Shown here one piece after another: positions 26,404-36,215 of a stretch of 64,000 bases of DNA; the first letter of the stretch is position 1, and each line of letters opens with the position of its first letter. A program made the translations under genes and the position numbers. Under the pieces are notes generated by a model, which searched no databases, had not been told where the DNA came from, and saw only the letters and a list, made by a program, of their open reading frames with translations. This DNA comes from Candidatus Caldarchaeum sp. (GTDB taxonomy: Archaea; Thermoproteota; Nitrososphaeria_A; Caldarchaeales; Caldarchaeaceae), in contig JAVQUC010000002.1 in NCBI GenBank assembly GCA_033580815.1, forward strand, positions 91,150-155,149. Direction: 5' to 3'.

Positions 26404-28307
26404 CCGTCGACCTCGTGGTGGCGGCTGTTCCCGCCCATGTCGTTCCAGAAGTATTACGGGAGGCGGCGGATTCTGGCGTCAAGGCGACCATCATAGTAAG
26501 CGGAGGTTTCGCTGAGGCTGGAAACCGAGACCTAGATGCAGCTCTAAAGGAAATCATCCGAAGCTCCAACATCAGGGTCATGGGGCCAAACACCCTCGGA
26601 GTTTTGGACCTCCACACAGGCGTCAACACTTTCTTCATACCCGAGTTCAAGAACTATTCTGGAACCCAAGCCGTTAGTAGCGTGGTTTATCCAAGGCCGG
26701 GCTCGATAAGCATGATCTCTCAAAGCGGGGCGCTGGCGGGATACTTCGTCGAAGCTCTCGCCGAAAGAAACGGTGGACTGAGGGCGGTGGCATGTGTAGG
26801 AAATCAGGTCGACGTCCGTGTCGAAGAGCTGGTTTCATTTTTTGCAGAGGATGAATTGACCAAGGTTCTAGCGATTTACGTCGAGGGAATAGTCGATGGG
26901 AGACTTCTGTTGAATCAGGTTCTGAAAGCTCGGAAGAATGGCAAGACGGTTGTGGTGCTGAAGGCTGGACGGTCTAAGACGACTGAGAAAGCAGCCTACA
27001 TCCATACTGCGAGCATGGTTGGCGAATGGGATGTTTTTGTCGGCGCCCTACGCCAAGCTGGAGCCATCGTCGTCGAATCCATACGAGAGCTCGTGGACGC
27101 AGCTTATGCCGCTAGCCTCACGAAACTTCCGATGGGAAGAGAGATCTTAGTTGTCGCGAACGCAGGGGGTTTGTCGGTTTTGTCCTCAGACCTTGCAGAG
27201 GTCAACGGGTTGGAGCTTCCGCGTCTTCCCGATGAGGCCGTGGAAAAACTTCTGCGGTTGAAAAAATCCGGTTTGATTCCGCCGATAGTGGTGCCGAACA
27301 ACCCGCTTGATTTGAGCGGAAGCGCGACGCCCGATGACTTCGAAAAAGCATACGAAACCGTTTCCCACATCGCAGACATCCATCTGCTGATACCGCTTCA
27401 CACAGCGCCCGCCATGAACGAAGGGGTCGTTGAAAAAATCTTTAGAATAAGCCGTAACGCCGGGAAAACGGTTCTGGGATGCGATGTCGGTACGTCGGAG
27501 TATGCTTCGCTTTTTCGGAAATTAATTTCTCAGATGGGAATTCCTGTATTCCGTGAATTGGAGGACGTTATGCGCACAGCCAGACTCATCGCAAAAAATT
27601 TCACACCTAGTCGAGAATTTTTCCCTTCGTTCAAGCCGCTGCATGCAGTGCCAGCTAATCCCGTTCCGAGACATGAAGTCGTCTCCCTGCTTCGACGGCG
27701 TGGCGTAGAGGTTGCGAAGGAGATAGTCGTATTCGACGAACACGAAGCGGTTCATGCCGCGGATGAAGTCGGGTTTCCGGTGGTGATGAAGCTGGCGACT
27801 GAAAAGCTTGCACACAAAAGCGATTTTGGCGGAGTTGTTCTGAACTTGTCCTCGAAGCAACAGGTTGTTGAGGCTTTTAGACGGTTGATGACTTTAGCGG
27901 TCAAACAAGGCGTCCACAACGATGGTGTGGCCGTTCAAGAAGCAGTTAGCGGGCTGGAATTGATACTCGGCATTAAATTTGACTCGGTTTTCGGACCAGT
28001 CGTAACGATTGGTCTAGGCGGGTTTTTTGCAGAAGCGCTGGGCGACTATGTTTCGTTGGTAGCGCCTGTGATGGAAGACGAGGTTAAGGCGATGCTACGG
28101 CATCTGAGATACTCCAAACTGCTTTATCAGGGGTTCAGAAACATCTCGCCAGCCGATATCAACTCGTTGGCGTCGACCGTGGTAAGCTTCTCCAAAATCG
28201 TTACAGAGAATTCGCACATCGTCGAAATCGAGGTCAACCCTCTCATCGTGAATGGTAGGAGATGTGTGGCAGTAGATTTTCGAGCACTCCGAGCGACCAA
28301 CACTTAA
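26403..28307 (+). CDS. ADP-forming acetyl-CoA synthetase (fused alpha-beta), apparently lacking the N-terminal CoA-binding segment
   Basis: Similarity begins abruptly at AVDLVVAAVPAHVVPEVLREAADSGVKATIIVSGGFAE, directly after an in-frame TAG at 26400-26402. It is followed by the MGPNTLGV and IHTASMVG (phospho-His loop) motifs and a C-terminal ATP-grasp domain (VVMKLATEKLAHKSDFGGV). The first possible start is GTG 26415. Full-length homologs carry about 80-90 more N-terminal residues, so this may be a pseudogene. Confidence 0.7.
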   Translation, partial: AVDLVVAAVPAHVVPEVLREAADSGVKATIIVSGGFAEAGNRDLDAALKEIIRSSNIRVMGPNTLGVLDLHTGVNTFFIPEFKNYSGTQAVSSVVYPRPGSISMISQSGALAGYFVEALAERNGGLRAVACVGNQVDVRVEELVSFFAEDELTKVLAIYVEGIVDGRLLLNQVLKARKNGKTVVVLKAGRSKTTEKAAYIHTASMVGEWDVFVGALRQAGAIVVESIRELVDAAYAASLTKLPMGREILVVANAGGLSVLSSDLAEVNGLELPRLPDEAVEKLLRLKKSGLIPPIVVPNNPLDLSGSATPDDFEKAYETVSHIADIHLLIPLHTAPAMNEGVVEKIFRISRNAGKTVLGCDVGTSEYASLFRKLISQMGIPVFRELEDVMRTARLIAKNFTPSREFFPSFKPLHAVPANPVPRHEVVSLLRRRGVEVAKEIVVFDEHEAVHAADEVGFPVVMKLATEKLAHKSDFGGVVLNLSSKQQVVEAFRRLMTLAVKQGVHNDGVAVQEAVSGLELILGIKFDSVFGPVVTIGLGGFFAEALGDYVSLVAPVMEDEVKAMLRHLRYSKLLYQGFRNISPADINSLASTVVSFSKIVTENSHIVEIEVNPLIVNGRRCVAVDFRALRATNT

Positions 28308-28334
28308 AAACACGGAAGAACAAGCTACCAAAGA

Positions 28335-28410
28335 GGGGCCGTGGTCTAGCTTGGTCTAAGACTCCAGCCTGGGGCGCTGGCAATCCTGGGTTCAAATCCC
28401 AGCGGCCCCA
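28335..28410 (+). tRNA. tRNA-Pro (GGG)
   Basis: 76-nt cloverleaf GGGGCCG...CGGCCCC-A, anticodon arm CCAGC-CTGGGGC-GCTGG, T-loop GGTTCAAATCC. Confidence 0.9.
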
Positions 28411-28430
28411 TTTTCACGTTTATTAGACGC

Positions 28431-29315
28431 GTGACCTCGAATTTGTCGAAAAGGTTAGGGATGGCTGGAAGATTCGTTGTCGAAATCGCTTATGATACTC
28501 CCCGGCTTGAAGAGAAGCTTTTGGCTAAGGCGGTCACCGCGAAAGGCCTCGAACTGCGTTTGACTAATGTTCGGCAACATGTTTTCGGGCTCCAAAAAAC
28601 ATCCGTTGACGTGTGTCTTGTCAGATGTATGTCGCTCTACAGCGCCGTACACACGGCAGCCTTGAGGGAAGCCACACTAACACTGGCCGTTAACTCTTCC
28701 GAAGCGATTCTTTATTCGGGTGACAAAATTTTGACTGTTTCGAGGCTAAAAGCGCATGGATTACCGATTCCGAGGACTGCTGTGGCTTTCAACGGCAAAG
28801 CAGCGGAAAAAGCTATAGACAAGGTTGGCTTGCCGGCTGTAGACAAACCCCCTATCGGAAGCTGGGGAAGGCTGGTAGCTCTTCTCAAGGACGTCGATGA
28901 TTTTAAGCTGGTCGCTGAACATCGGGAGATGTTGACGAGCAGTTACATGAAGACGCATCTAATTCAAGAATACATAGACCTGCCTAACAGAGACATAAGA
29001 ACCTTCGTGGTGGGAGATGAAGTCGTGGGAGCGATGTATCGTTATAGGGGGTCGGGGGATTGGAGAACCAACGTAGCTTTGGGCGGTGAACCGGTGCAGG
29101 CTTTTCTCAACGATGAGCTGATTGAGATTAGTTTGAAGTCAGCAAAGGCCGTTAACGGAGAGATCGTTAGCATCGACGTCTTCGAGACGACAGACGGCAG
29201 CTATCTCGTAAACGAAGTCAACGGTGTGCCAGAGTTTAAGGGATTGATGAAAGCAACCGGAGTAGATATCCCCGCCAAAATGGTTGATTATCTAGTCAGC
29301 CTTGTGAAAAGATAA
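28431..29315 (+). CDS. RimK/LysX-family ATP-grasp ligase
   Basis: 294 aa with KPPIGSWGR, IQEYI and EVNGVPEF, typical of the RimK/LysX/ArgX glutamate or aminoadipate ligases. No carrier-protein (LysW) gene is adjacent. Confidence 0.75.
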   Translation: MTSNLSKRLGMAGRFVVEIAYDTPRLEEKLLAKAVTAKGLELRLTNVRQHVFGLQKTSVDVCLVRCMSLYSAVHTAALREATLTLAVNSSEAILYSGDKILTVSRLKAHGLPIPRTAVAFNGKAAEKAIDKVGLPAVDKPPIGSWGRLVALLKDVDDFKLVAEHREMLTSSYMKTHLIQEYIDLPNRDIRTFVVGDEVVGAMYRYRGSGDWRTNVALGGEPVQAFLNDELIEISLKSAKAVNGEIVSIDVFETTDGSYLVNEVNGVPEFKGLMKATGVDIPAKMVDYLVSLVKR

Positions 29316-29808
29316 CTTTTTTCATGCACTTCTCGCACGGCGTCTCGCCCTTTAAATCAACGTCCCAGACCGAGTTGCTGAAGTTCATAACGCATCCGGG
29401 CGTTGAACAGTGGCGGAGACCAAGCATGTGCCCGACTTCGTGAACAGCTTCCTTCACGACCCTACGTCGAAGCAACTGATCGTCGACGCGGCCCTCTGTC
29501 CTCAACGGGTCAAGCCGGTAAACAGAAACAACCGCAACGCGACCGGGCGCATACCCAAAAACGAAGTTTAGGCCCGGAACAAAGATGTCTCTGTCGGTCA
29601 GCAACAGGAGATAGTTTTCCTCGGGCTTTATGTGGCTAAGCAGGGCCACAACGTCGTATTGTCTCCTTTTTTTGTCATAATAGTGTTCGAAGTTATCGAT
29701 CTTGGTATTGACCATTGATGTTTCGACTCCGTAGACTTGAGATATTTTTTCGGCCGCGGCCTTCGCGATCGATTGGTCGGGAAACTCGTTCAAAACCTTT
29801 AAACGCAC
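29296..29808 (-). CDS. amzA: Archaemetzincin (zinc metalloprotease AmzA)
   Basis: HEVGHMLGLRHCSTPGCVMNFSN plus a C-terminal CEKC. 170 aa. Confidence 0.88.
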   Translation of the reverse strand: MRLKVLNEFPDQSIAKAAAEKISQVYGVETSMVNTKIDNFEHYYDKKRRQYDVVALLSHIKPEENYLLLLTDRDIFVPGLNFVFGYAPGRVAVVSVYRLDPLRTEGRVDDQLLRRRVVKEAVHEVGHMLGLRHCSTPGCVMNFSNSVWDVDLKGETPCEKCMKKVIFSQG

Positions 29809-29835
29809 TCCGGCGTCACTGGAAATGGAAAATTC

Positions 29836-30411
29836 GTGATTATATGGTTATCGGGAACACCTGGAGTCGGGAAAACAGCGGTCGGAAAAAACCTTGCGAG
29901 AAGGTTGGGCTACGACTTCATTGACATTCCCGTTTTTGTGCGTGATGAGGGAATCGGTGAAGCGGAAAAACAAGGAGGTACCATTGTTGTCGAGCCGCGC
30001 GTTCTGAGGCAGAGGCTACTACGTAGAGCGATGGATGAAGTCGTCATCAGCAGTCACCTGTTGGTAAAGCTGCCAAGAAGAAAGCAAAAATGCATCGTCC
30101 TGAGACACAACCCGCTGAAGCTTGTTCAAAGGCTTCGCATGCGGGGATACAGTCTGAAGAAGGTCGCTGAAAACGTTGAAGCAGAATTCTTGGGCATAAT
30201 TTATCAGGAGGCGCTTAAAACTTTCGGAAGGCGAGGAGTTTTCCAAGTTGACACGACCAATAAAAGTGTTTCAGAGGTTTCGAGAAGATGTCTCAGTTTA
30301 TTGAGGGGGAAGAGTCGCGGCGAAAGTGTTGACTGGCTCAGAGATTTGAGTGAGAAAGAGCTTGATCGTCTTCTATTGTTTTTGGCTCGTCGTAGAGGCG
30401 TTGTTTTTTGA
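29836..30411 (+). CDS. Fap7/AK6-type adenylate kinase-like NTPase (small-subunit biogenesis)
   Basis: P-loop at the extreme N-terminus (IWLSGTPGVGKT). 191 aa, a size typical of archaeal Fap7. Confidence 0.75.
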   Translation: MIIWLSGTPGVGKTAVGKNLARRLGYDFIDIPVFVRDEGIGEAEKQGGTIVVEPRVLRQRLLRRAMDEVVISSHLLVKLPRRKQKCIVLRHNPLKLVQRLRMRGYSLKKVAENVEAEFLGIIYQEALKTFGRRGVFQVDTTNKSVSEVSRRCLSLLRGKSRGESVDWLRDLSEKELDRLLLFLARRRGVVF

Positions 30412-30486
30412 TAGCCTTTTTAACCGCGTTCTATGCCTCTTGGGTAGAAGACCGTGACAGATTTCTGAAGTCTACAGGTGTTTGGA

Positions 30487-32277
30487 ATGGTGTCTGACCA
30501 CAGGGTTGCGGTGCTTGACAGAGAGGCTTGCGACTCGAAGAAATGCGGCAACTGGCCATGCATCACCTACTGTCCTCCGGTTAGGAATAACATCGAAGCC
30601 ATTAAGATGGGTGAGGACGGTTATCCAATCATCAGCGAAACACTTTGCATAAGCTGCGGCATATGCGTCAAGAAATGTCCCTTCGAAGCGATTACAATCA
30701 TAAACCTGCCAACCGAGTTGAAGGACAGCGTCGCCCATCATTATGGTGTGAACAAGTTTAAGCTGTTCCGCCTCCCCTACCCTGAGGCTGGGAAAGTTGT
30801 CGGGCTCGTCGGGAAAAACGGGATAGGCAAATCGACGGCGCTCAGAATCATAGCGGGACAGCTCGTCCCCAATTTCGGGAACCTAGACAGACCTGTTACG
30901 TGGGAAGAGGCCTCACGTTTCTTCCGCGGGTCACTCATTCAAGAACATCTCAGAAGCATCGCAAAAGCATCGGCGAAAATTTCCTACAAACCCCAAAACA
31001 TCTCGGACATCCCCAAAGTTGTGTCGGGAACGGTTAGAGAAGTTTTGATGCGGTTGTCGGACGAGAAATCAGTTGAAATGATGATGGAAAAGCTGGATTT
31101 GAAAGGTTTAGCTGACCGAGATGTGCGTGTTTTGAGCGGAGGAGAGCTGCAGCGACTGGCTGTGGCGGCTTGCCTGTTAAGGAAAGCGAATGTCTACGTT
31201 CTCGATGAACCCTCAAGCTATCTCGACATCGGGCAGCGGTTGAAGATGGTCGAAGCAGTGAGGGATGTTGTGAACGAGTCGGTTAAAGTTGTCGTCGCAG
31301 ACCATGACCTCGCCGTCCTCGACTACTTCTCCGACGTCATCTTTCTCTTTTATGGCGAACCATCAGTTTACGGAGTCGTAGCGGGACCGTATGGAGTGAG
31401 GGAGGGCATCAACATCTTCGTCGAAGGCTACATTCCTGACGAAAACATGCGTTTCCGGAACGAGAGGATCGATTTTCAGGTGAAACCTCCTAATCGGGAG
31501 GTTGAAGCCTCGGTTGAAAAGCTGCGGTGGCCCGCCTTTTCCAAGAGTTATGATGGATTCAGGCTCGACGTTGCAGAGGGGTGGGTAGCCCGCGGCGAAG
31601 TGCTCGGCATAATCGGACCGAACGGAATCGGGAAGACGACCTTCGCGTCAGTGATAGCCGGAGTTATGAGAACCGACCAGGGATTCTCGTTTGACGCAAA
31701 AGCTGTCAGCTACAAACCTCAATACCCTGTCGCAGAAGACGTAACCGTCGAAGAATTTCTCAGGCGGGCCGCTGGACAAGAATTCGACTCGGCAATGTAT
31801 CAATCGACGATTCTGAAACCATTCGGCCTCGAAAAACTACTCGAGAGGAACATGTTGGAGCTCAGCGGCGGCGAGCTTCAGAGGACGGTCGTTGCGGGAT
31901 GTTTGTCGCGGAAGGCTGAAATCTATGTTTTGGATGAGCCGAGCGCGTTCCTCGACGTGGAAGAGCGTTACCACATGGCCAAGATTTTGAAACGGCTTGC
32001 CCTAGATTTGAAAGTTTACGTTTTTTTGGTTGAACATGATTTCACGGTGCTCGATTTCGCTTCCTCGGCTCTGATGGTCTTCGACGGCGAGCCGGGAGTG
32101 CATGGATACGCCCATCCACCCACCGACCTAAGGTCAGGGTTCAACAGATTTCTAGCCAGAATGGACGTCACGTTCCGGCGGGACCATATTACTAAAAGGC
32201 CGCGGATAAACAAGAAAGATTCGCAGCTCCACAGGCTCCAGAAAGAGGCCGGCGAATACTACTATCTTTCCGCTTGA
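30487..32277 (+). CDS. ABCE1/RLI ribosome-recycling ATPase
   Basis: N-terminal double 4Fe-4S domain (CDSKKCGNWPCITYCP, CISCGICVKKCP) followed by two ABC NBDs (GKNGIGKST, LSGGELQR twice). ATG 30487 gives the usual M..RVAVLD N-terminus. Confidence 0.93.
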   Translation: MVSDHRVAVLDREACDSKKCGNWPCITYCPPVRNNIEAIKMGEDGYPIISETLCISCGICVKKCPFEAITIINLPTELKDSVAHHYGVNKFKLFRLPYPEAGKVVGLVGKNGIGKSTALRIIAGQLVPNFGNLDRPVTWEEASRFFRGSLIQEHLRSIAKASAKISYKPQNISDIPKVVSGTVREVLMRLSDEKSVEMMMEKLDLKGLADRDVRVLSGGELQRLAVAACLLRKANVYVLDEPSSYLDIGQRLKMVEAVRDVVNESVKVVVADHDLAVLDYFSDVIFLFYGEPSVYGVVAGPYGVREGINIFVEGYIPDENMRFRNERIDFQVKPPNREVEASVEKLRWPAFSKSYDGFRLDVAEGWVARGEVLGIIGPNGIGKTTFASVIAGVMRTDQGFSFDAKAVSYKPQYPVAEDVTVEEFLRRAAGQEFDSAMYQSTILKPFGLEKLLERNMLELSGGELQRTVVAGCLSRKAEIYVLDEPSAFLDVEERYHMAKILKRLALDLKVYVFLVEHDFTVLDFASSALMVFDGEPGVHGYAHPPTDLRSGFNRFLARMDVTFRRDHITKRPRINKKDSQLHRLQKEAGEYYYLSA

Positions 32278-32312
32278 GAAGCAAAATTCGATTTTATGTT
32301 TGTCGGGCAAAG

Positions 32313-32320
32313 TTTTTATA
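32313..32320 (+). promoter_or_regulatory. TATA box candidate for cdc48
   Basis: TTTTTATA is centred about 31 nt upstream of ATG 32348. Confidence 0.35.
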
Positions 32321-32347
32321 CGTACCATGTGGGTGCATGGGTAGGTC

Positions 32348-34531
32348 ATGTCATCAACTCCGTCATCTCCCAAAAGGAAGGAGCTTAGCCTCAGGGTAGC
32401 TGAGGCGCGTCAGAGAGACATAGGTCGTAAAATCGCTCGTGTCGACAGCATGGGAATGAGGGAGCTCGAGCTCAGCCCCGGCGACCTCATCGAAATCTCG
32501 GGAAGACGGACAACTGTTGCTATCGTTTGGCCTCCCTACAAGGAAGACGATGGACAGGGAATAATCAGAATAGACGGGGAAATAAGGCGGAATTCCGGCG
32601 TGAGCGTGGGTGAGTTCGTCAGGGTTAGCAAAACAACAGCGAAACCTGCGACAAAAATCGTTTTAGCGCCTTTCGAGCCCTTGCCCTTCGTCGGAGATTT
32701 TGGAAGAATAGTCCGCAGCCAACTCCTCAACATGCCTGTGGCGAAAGGGGACATAATAGTAGTCCCCGTGCTGGGCATGGGGGTGGAGCTGAAGGTAAGC
32801 TCAACGAGTCCTTCACCCATAGTCATGGTAACCGAAAGTACGGTCGTTGAAATCAGCACAACCACAGCGAAAAGAATGGAAGAAGTTTCCGGCGTCTCCT
32901 ACGAAGACATAGGTGGATTGCACGAAGAGCTTCAGCGCATCCGTGAAATGATTGAGCTCCCCCTCAAGCATCCCGAACTCTTCAGACATTTGGGAATTGA
33001 GCCGCCGAAAGGAGTGATCCTCTACGGCCCACCAGGAACTGGCAAAACACTGATTGCGAAAGCGATAGCTAATGAAACAGGAGCACACTTCGTCTCCATA
33101 AACGGCCCCGAGATCATGAGCAAGTTCTATGGTGAATCTGAGGCAAGGCTGCGGGAAGTTTTCCAAGAAGCGGAGCAGAACGCGCCATCAATTATCTTCA
33201 TCGACGAGCTGGACGCAATCGCTCCGAAGAGAGGTGAAGTAACCGGTGAAGTCGAAAGACGTGTGGTTTCTCAGCTTCTGACCCTCATGGATGGCTTGAA
33301 GAGCCGCGGTCAGGTTGTCGTCATCGGTGCGACGAACCGGATCGAGGCCATCGACCCGGCACTCCGGCGGCCTGGCAGGTTTGACCGCGAAATCAGGATA
33401 GGCGTCCCCGACAGGAACGGGCGGAAGGAGATTTTGCTCATCCACACACGCAGGATGCCTCTCGACGAAGACGTGAACATTGACGAGCTCGCGGACATCA
33501 CCCATGGATTCGTCGGCGCAGACATCGCTGCTCTCACGCGGGAAGCGGCCATGAACGCGTTGAGACGATTCCTCCCCCAAATCGACTTGGAGAAGGAAGT
33601 AATTCCTGCCGAAGTTCTCGAGAAGATTAAGGTTACGCGAGAGGATTTCGCAAATGCTCTGAAAACCATACAGCCTTCAGCGCTCCGGGAGGTCGTGCTC
33701 GAGATTCCTAACGTTAAATGGGATGACATAGGAGGCCTTGAATCGGTCAAGCAGGAGCTGAGGGAAGCTGTCGAATGGCCTCTGAAATATCCCGAAGTGT
33801 TCAAGCGGCTGGGCATAAGGCCGCCACGAGGGATTCTCCTGTATGGACCGCCTGGAACTGGTAAAACATTGCTGGCTAAAGCGGTTGCTACCGAAAGCCA
33901 GGCCAACTTCATAAGCGTGAAAGGGCCGGAAATTCTTTCGAAATGGGTGGGAGAATCAGAGAAAGCTGTCCGCGAGATCTTCAGGAAGGCAAGGGAAACA
34001 GCACCGTGCATAATCTTCTTCGATGAGCTTGACTCGATAGCTCCGAGGCGTGGAATTCACACAGACGCCGGCGTAACAGACAGGATCGTGAACCAGCTTT
34101 TGACGGAAATGGATGGTATGCAGTCTCTAAAAGGAGTTGTAGTGATGGGAGCCACGAACAGGCCGGACATCCTCGACCCGGCCCTCCTTAGGCCAGGAAG
34201 GTTCGACAGAGTATTGTATGTGCCTCCACCCGACAAATCGGCCCGGTTAGCGATATTCAAGATCCACACACGCGAAATGCCTTTGGACAAGGACGTCGAC
34301 CTCGACATGCTCGCCAGCGTCACGGAAGGGTACACTGGTGCTGACATCGAGGCGATTGTTAGGGAGGCGGCTATCGTTGCTGCGAGAGAAAACATAAACG
34401 CCCAAGTGGTTTCGATGAAACACTTCGAGAAAGCACTGGCCAAAATCAAGCCGAGCGTCGGACCAGAGGAAAAAGCCGAGTACGACAGAATCGTCACCAA
34501 CTTCAAGAAGTCGATGGCTTACATCGGCTAA
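32348..34531 (+). CDS. cdc48: Cdc48/VCP-type AAA+ ATPase (N domain plus D1 and D2)
   Basis: 727 aa. Double-psi-barrel N domain (LRVAEA...[18 protein letters not shown]). Two AAA modules, each with GPPGTGKTL and second region of homology. Confidence 0.93.
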   Translation: MSSTPSSPKRKELSLRVAEARQRDIGRKIARVDSMGMRELELSPGDLIEISGRRTTVAIVWPPYKEDDGQGIIRIDGEIRRNSGVSVGEFVRVSKTTAKPATKIVLAPFEPLPFVGDFGRIVRSQLLNMPVAKGDIIVVPVLGMGVELKVSSTSPSPIVMVTESTVVEISTTTAKRMEEVSGVSYEDIGGLHEELQRIREMIELPLKHPELFRHLGIEPPKGVILYGPPGTGKTLIAKAIANETGAHFVSINGPEIMSKFYGESEARLREVFQEAEQNAPSIIFIDELDAIAPKRGEVTGEVERRVVSQLLTLMDGLKSRGQVVVIGATNRIEAIDPALRRPGRFDREIRIGVPDRNGRKEILLIHTRRMPLDEDVNIDELADITHGFVGADIAALTREAAMNALRRFLPQIDLEKEVIPAEVLEKIKVTREDFANALKTIQPSALREVVLEIPNVKWDDIGGLESVKQELREAVEWPLKYPEVFKRLGIRPPRGILLYGPPGTGKTLLAKAVATESQANFISVKGPEILSKWVGESEKAVREIFRKARETAPCIIFFDELDSIAPRRGIHTDAGVTDRIVNQLLTEMDGMQSLKGVVVMGATNRPDILDPALLRPGRFDRVLYVPPPDKSARLAIFKIHTREMPLDKDVDLDMLASVTEGYTGADIEAIVREAAIVAARENINAQVVSMKHFEKALAKIKPSVGPEEKAEYDRIVTNFKKSMAYIG

Positions 34532-34566
34532 ACCAACTATCCACGTATAACCAACATAATCCTTCG

Positions 34567-35250
34567 ATGTCCAGACGTGGTCAAGCGATAAATACGCCTT
34601 ATCGCGGCCTCGCAACCGAGGTAAGAAAAATGCGTATGCCTTGGAAAAAAGAACCCGTCGAAAGACCTGTCCACGTCCAGCCGATCAGCTACCAAGACCG
34701 AATGCTCGAAATTTTGACGCAGCTGAAGATTCAGAACGAGAAACTCAACAGGACGATCGAGAGGCTGAAACACCGTGGAAAAGAGCTCTTTGAACAGTGT
34801 GTGAGGGCTGAGCAGGAGAAGGACACGGCGAGGGCGACGATTTATGCGAACGAGATCGCACAGCTGAGAAAGATGACGAGGACCCTTCTAGCCAGCCATA
34901 TGTCCCTCGATAAAGTTGTGCTGAGGCTCGAGACGGTTAAGGAGTTCGGAGACGTGATGCATGTCCTGGGACCGGCCACGCAGATCATCAAGCAGGTTCA
35001 ACACGAGATTTCAGGAATAGTTCCCGAAGTGGCCCACAGCTTGAGAAGGGTTGACGAAATGCTTGAAAGCATTATCATCGAGGCTGGCAACGTAACGGGC
35101 GGAAGCGTCTACGTCTCGGTCAGCGACCCGGAGGCACAGAAAATCATGGAGGAGGCAGCGGAAGTAGCGGCACAGCGGATGAAGAGCAACTTCCCAGAAC
35201 TTCCCGAAACCTACCAGCATCTCGAAACAGCGGCGCAGAAAACCGACTAA
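34567..35250 (+). CDS. ESCRT-III / Snf7-superfamily protein (CdvB-like)
   Basis: Basic N-terminus, then a long helical hairpin (LTQLKIQNEKLNRTIERLKHRGKELFEQCVRAEQEKDTARATIYANEIAQLRKMTRTLL...LETVKEFGDVMHVLGPATQIIKQV) matching the Snf7 pattern. An acidic C-terminal part ends in KIMEEAAEVAAQRMKSNFPELP, as in crenarchaeal/thaumarchaeal CdvB. The start is ambiguous (34567 or 34630). Confidence 0.55.
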   Translation: MSRRGQAINTPYRGLATEVRKMRMPWKKEPVERPVHVQPISYQDRMLEILTQLKIQNEKLNRTIERLKHRGKELFEQCVRAEQEKDTARATIYANEIAQLRKMTRTLLASHMSLDKVVLRLETVKEFGDVMHVLGPATQIIKQVQHEISGIVPEVAHSLRRVDEMLESIIIEAGNVTGGSVYVSVSDPEAQKIMEEAAEVAAQRMKSNFPELPETYQHLETAAQKTD

Positions 35251-36140
35251 AAATCTTCAATTTTTTTGTATGATTCTTCAGGGGCAACCTGTCTGAAGAT
35301 ATCCGGATGAATGATTTCGGCTAGAATCAACGCGGCGTCTCCTATCTGCGGACCGTGACGGCTAAAATATTTGTTGGCGTCGACCGCGTATAGCTCGCCG
35401 TTTATGGAAGCTTGCAAACGCTTAACCCATGACTGAGATTTGAAACGAATCATTTCTTCCGACGTCTTCTCGAGCCCGTAGCCGCATGGCCCGGCAACAA
35501 TTTTAGCCGGCTGGAAAGCTTCGATCTCCTCCGGCTTGACGCGTCGCGAATGTTCGCCTTTTACACCGAAATCCATTCCTCCCGCAATTTCAACTAGTTC
35601 GGGAACCCAGTGGCCACTACAGTAGGGTGGAAAAAGCCACTCTAGAAACGCCGTCCGAATTTTCTCAAGGCCTACCGTATGTTCTCTGATACGTTGAACC
35701 TTTTCCAGATTCTTTTCGACGATGGCTCTGGCCTCGTCGTATCTTCGAACGTACTTGCCAATAACTAAAATGTCGTTCAGTATTTCATCCACGTTTTTGG
35801 GATGAAGTTCGATGACCGGCGCAATATCCCTGAGAAGCGAGTTCACTTCGTCGGCTGTCGCCGCGCAGACGTCGCACAGACTCTGGGCAAAAATTAGATC
35901 GGGTTTCAAATGCCTGATCCTTTCCACGTCTATTCGGTAGAGTGATCTACCCGTTCTGCGGGCGCTCGAAATGACGCGGTCGATCTCTTCGGACGAAAGC
36001 CCCTCTGTCTTCAAGGTTGGCTCCACAACCACTGGCCTATCTTTGAGGCTGCATGCATACGTAACACCCACGATTTCGTCGACTGCCCCCAGCTCGACCA
36101 AGACATCAGTAGCGCTGGGAACCAGTGAAACGACCCGCAT
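35247..36140 (-). CDS. Type-2 periplasmic-binding-fold protein (BtuF/FhuD-like) without signal peptide
   Basis: MRVVSLVPSATDVLVELGAVDEIVGVT is the typical N-terminus of cobalamin/siderophore-binding proteins. There is no hydrophobic leader and no adjacent permease or ATPase gene. Confidence 0.7.
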   Translation of the reverse strand: MRVVSLVPSATDVLVELGAVDEIVGVTYACSLKDRPVVVEPTLKTEGLSSEEIDRVISSARRTGRSLYRIDVERIRHLKPDLIFAQSLCDVCAATADEVNSLLRDIAPVIELHPKNVDEILNDILVIGKYVRRYDEARAIVEKNLEKVQRIREHTVGLEKIRTAFLEWLFPPYCSGHWVPELVEIAGGMDFGVKGEHSRRVKPEEIEAFQPAKIVAGPCGYGLEKTSEEMIRFKSQSWVKRLQASINGELYAVDANKYFSRHGPQIGDAALILAEIIHPDIFRQVAPEESYKKIEDF

Positions 36141-36215
36141 CGTAGAAACACGTCTGTAGGATAATTTATCGGTTGTTGTTGTAAAAGTATTATAGGAGTT
36201 GACGATTGGCTAGCT

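Noticed and set aside
33310-34506. 233-aa and 149-aa ORFs antisense to cdc48
   Set aside because: Shadow ORFs. The opposite strand encodes textbook AAA+ motifs across the same span.
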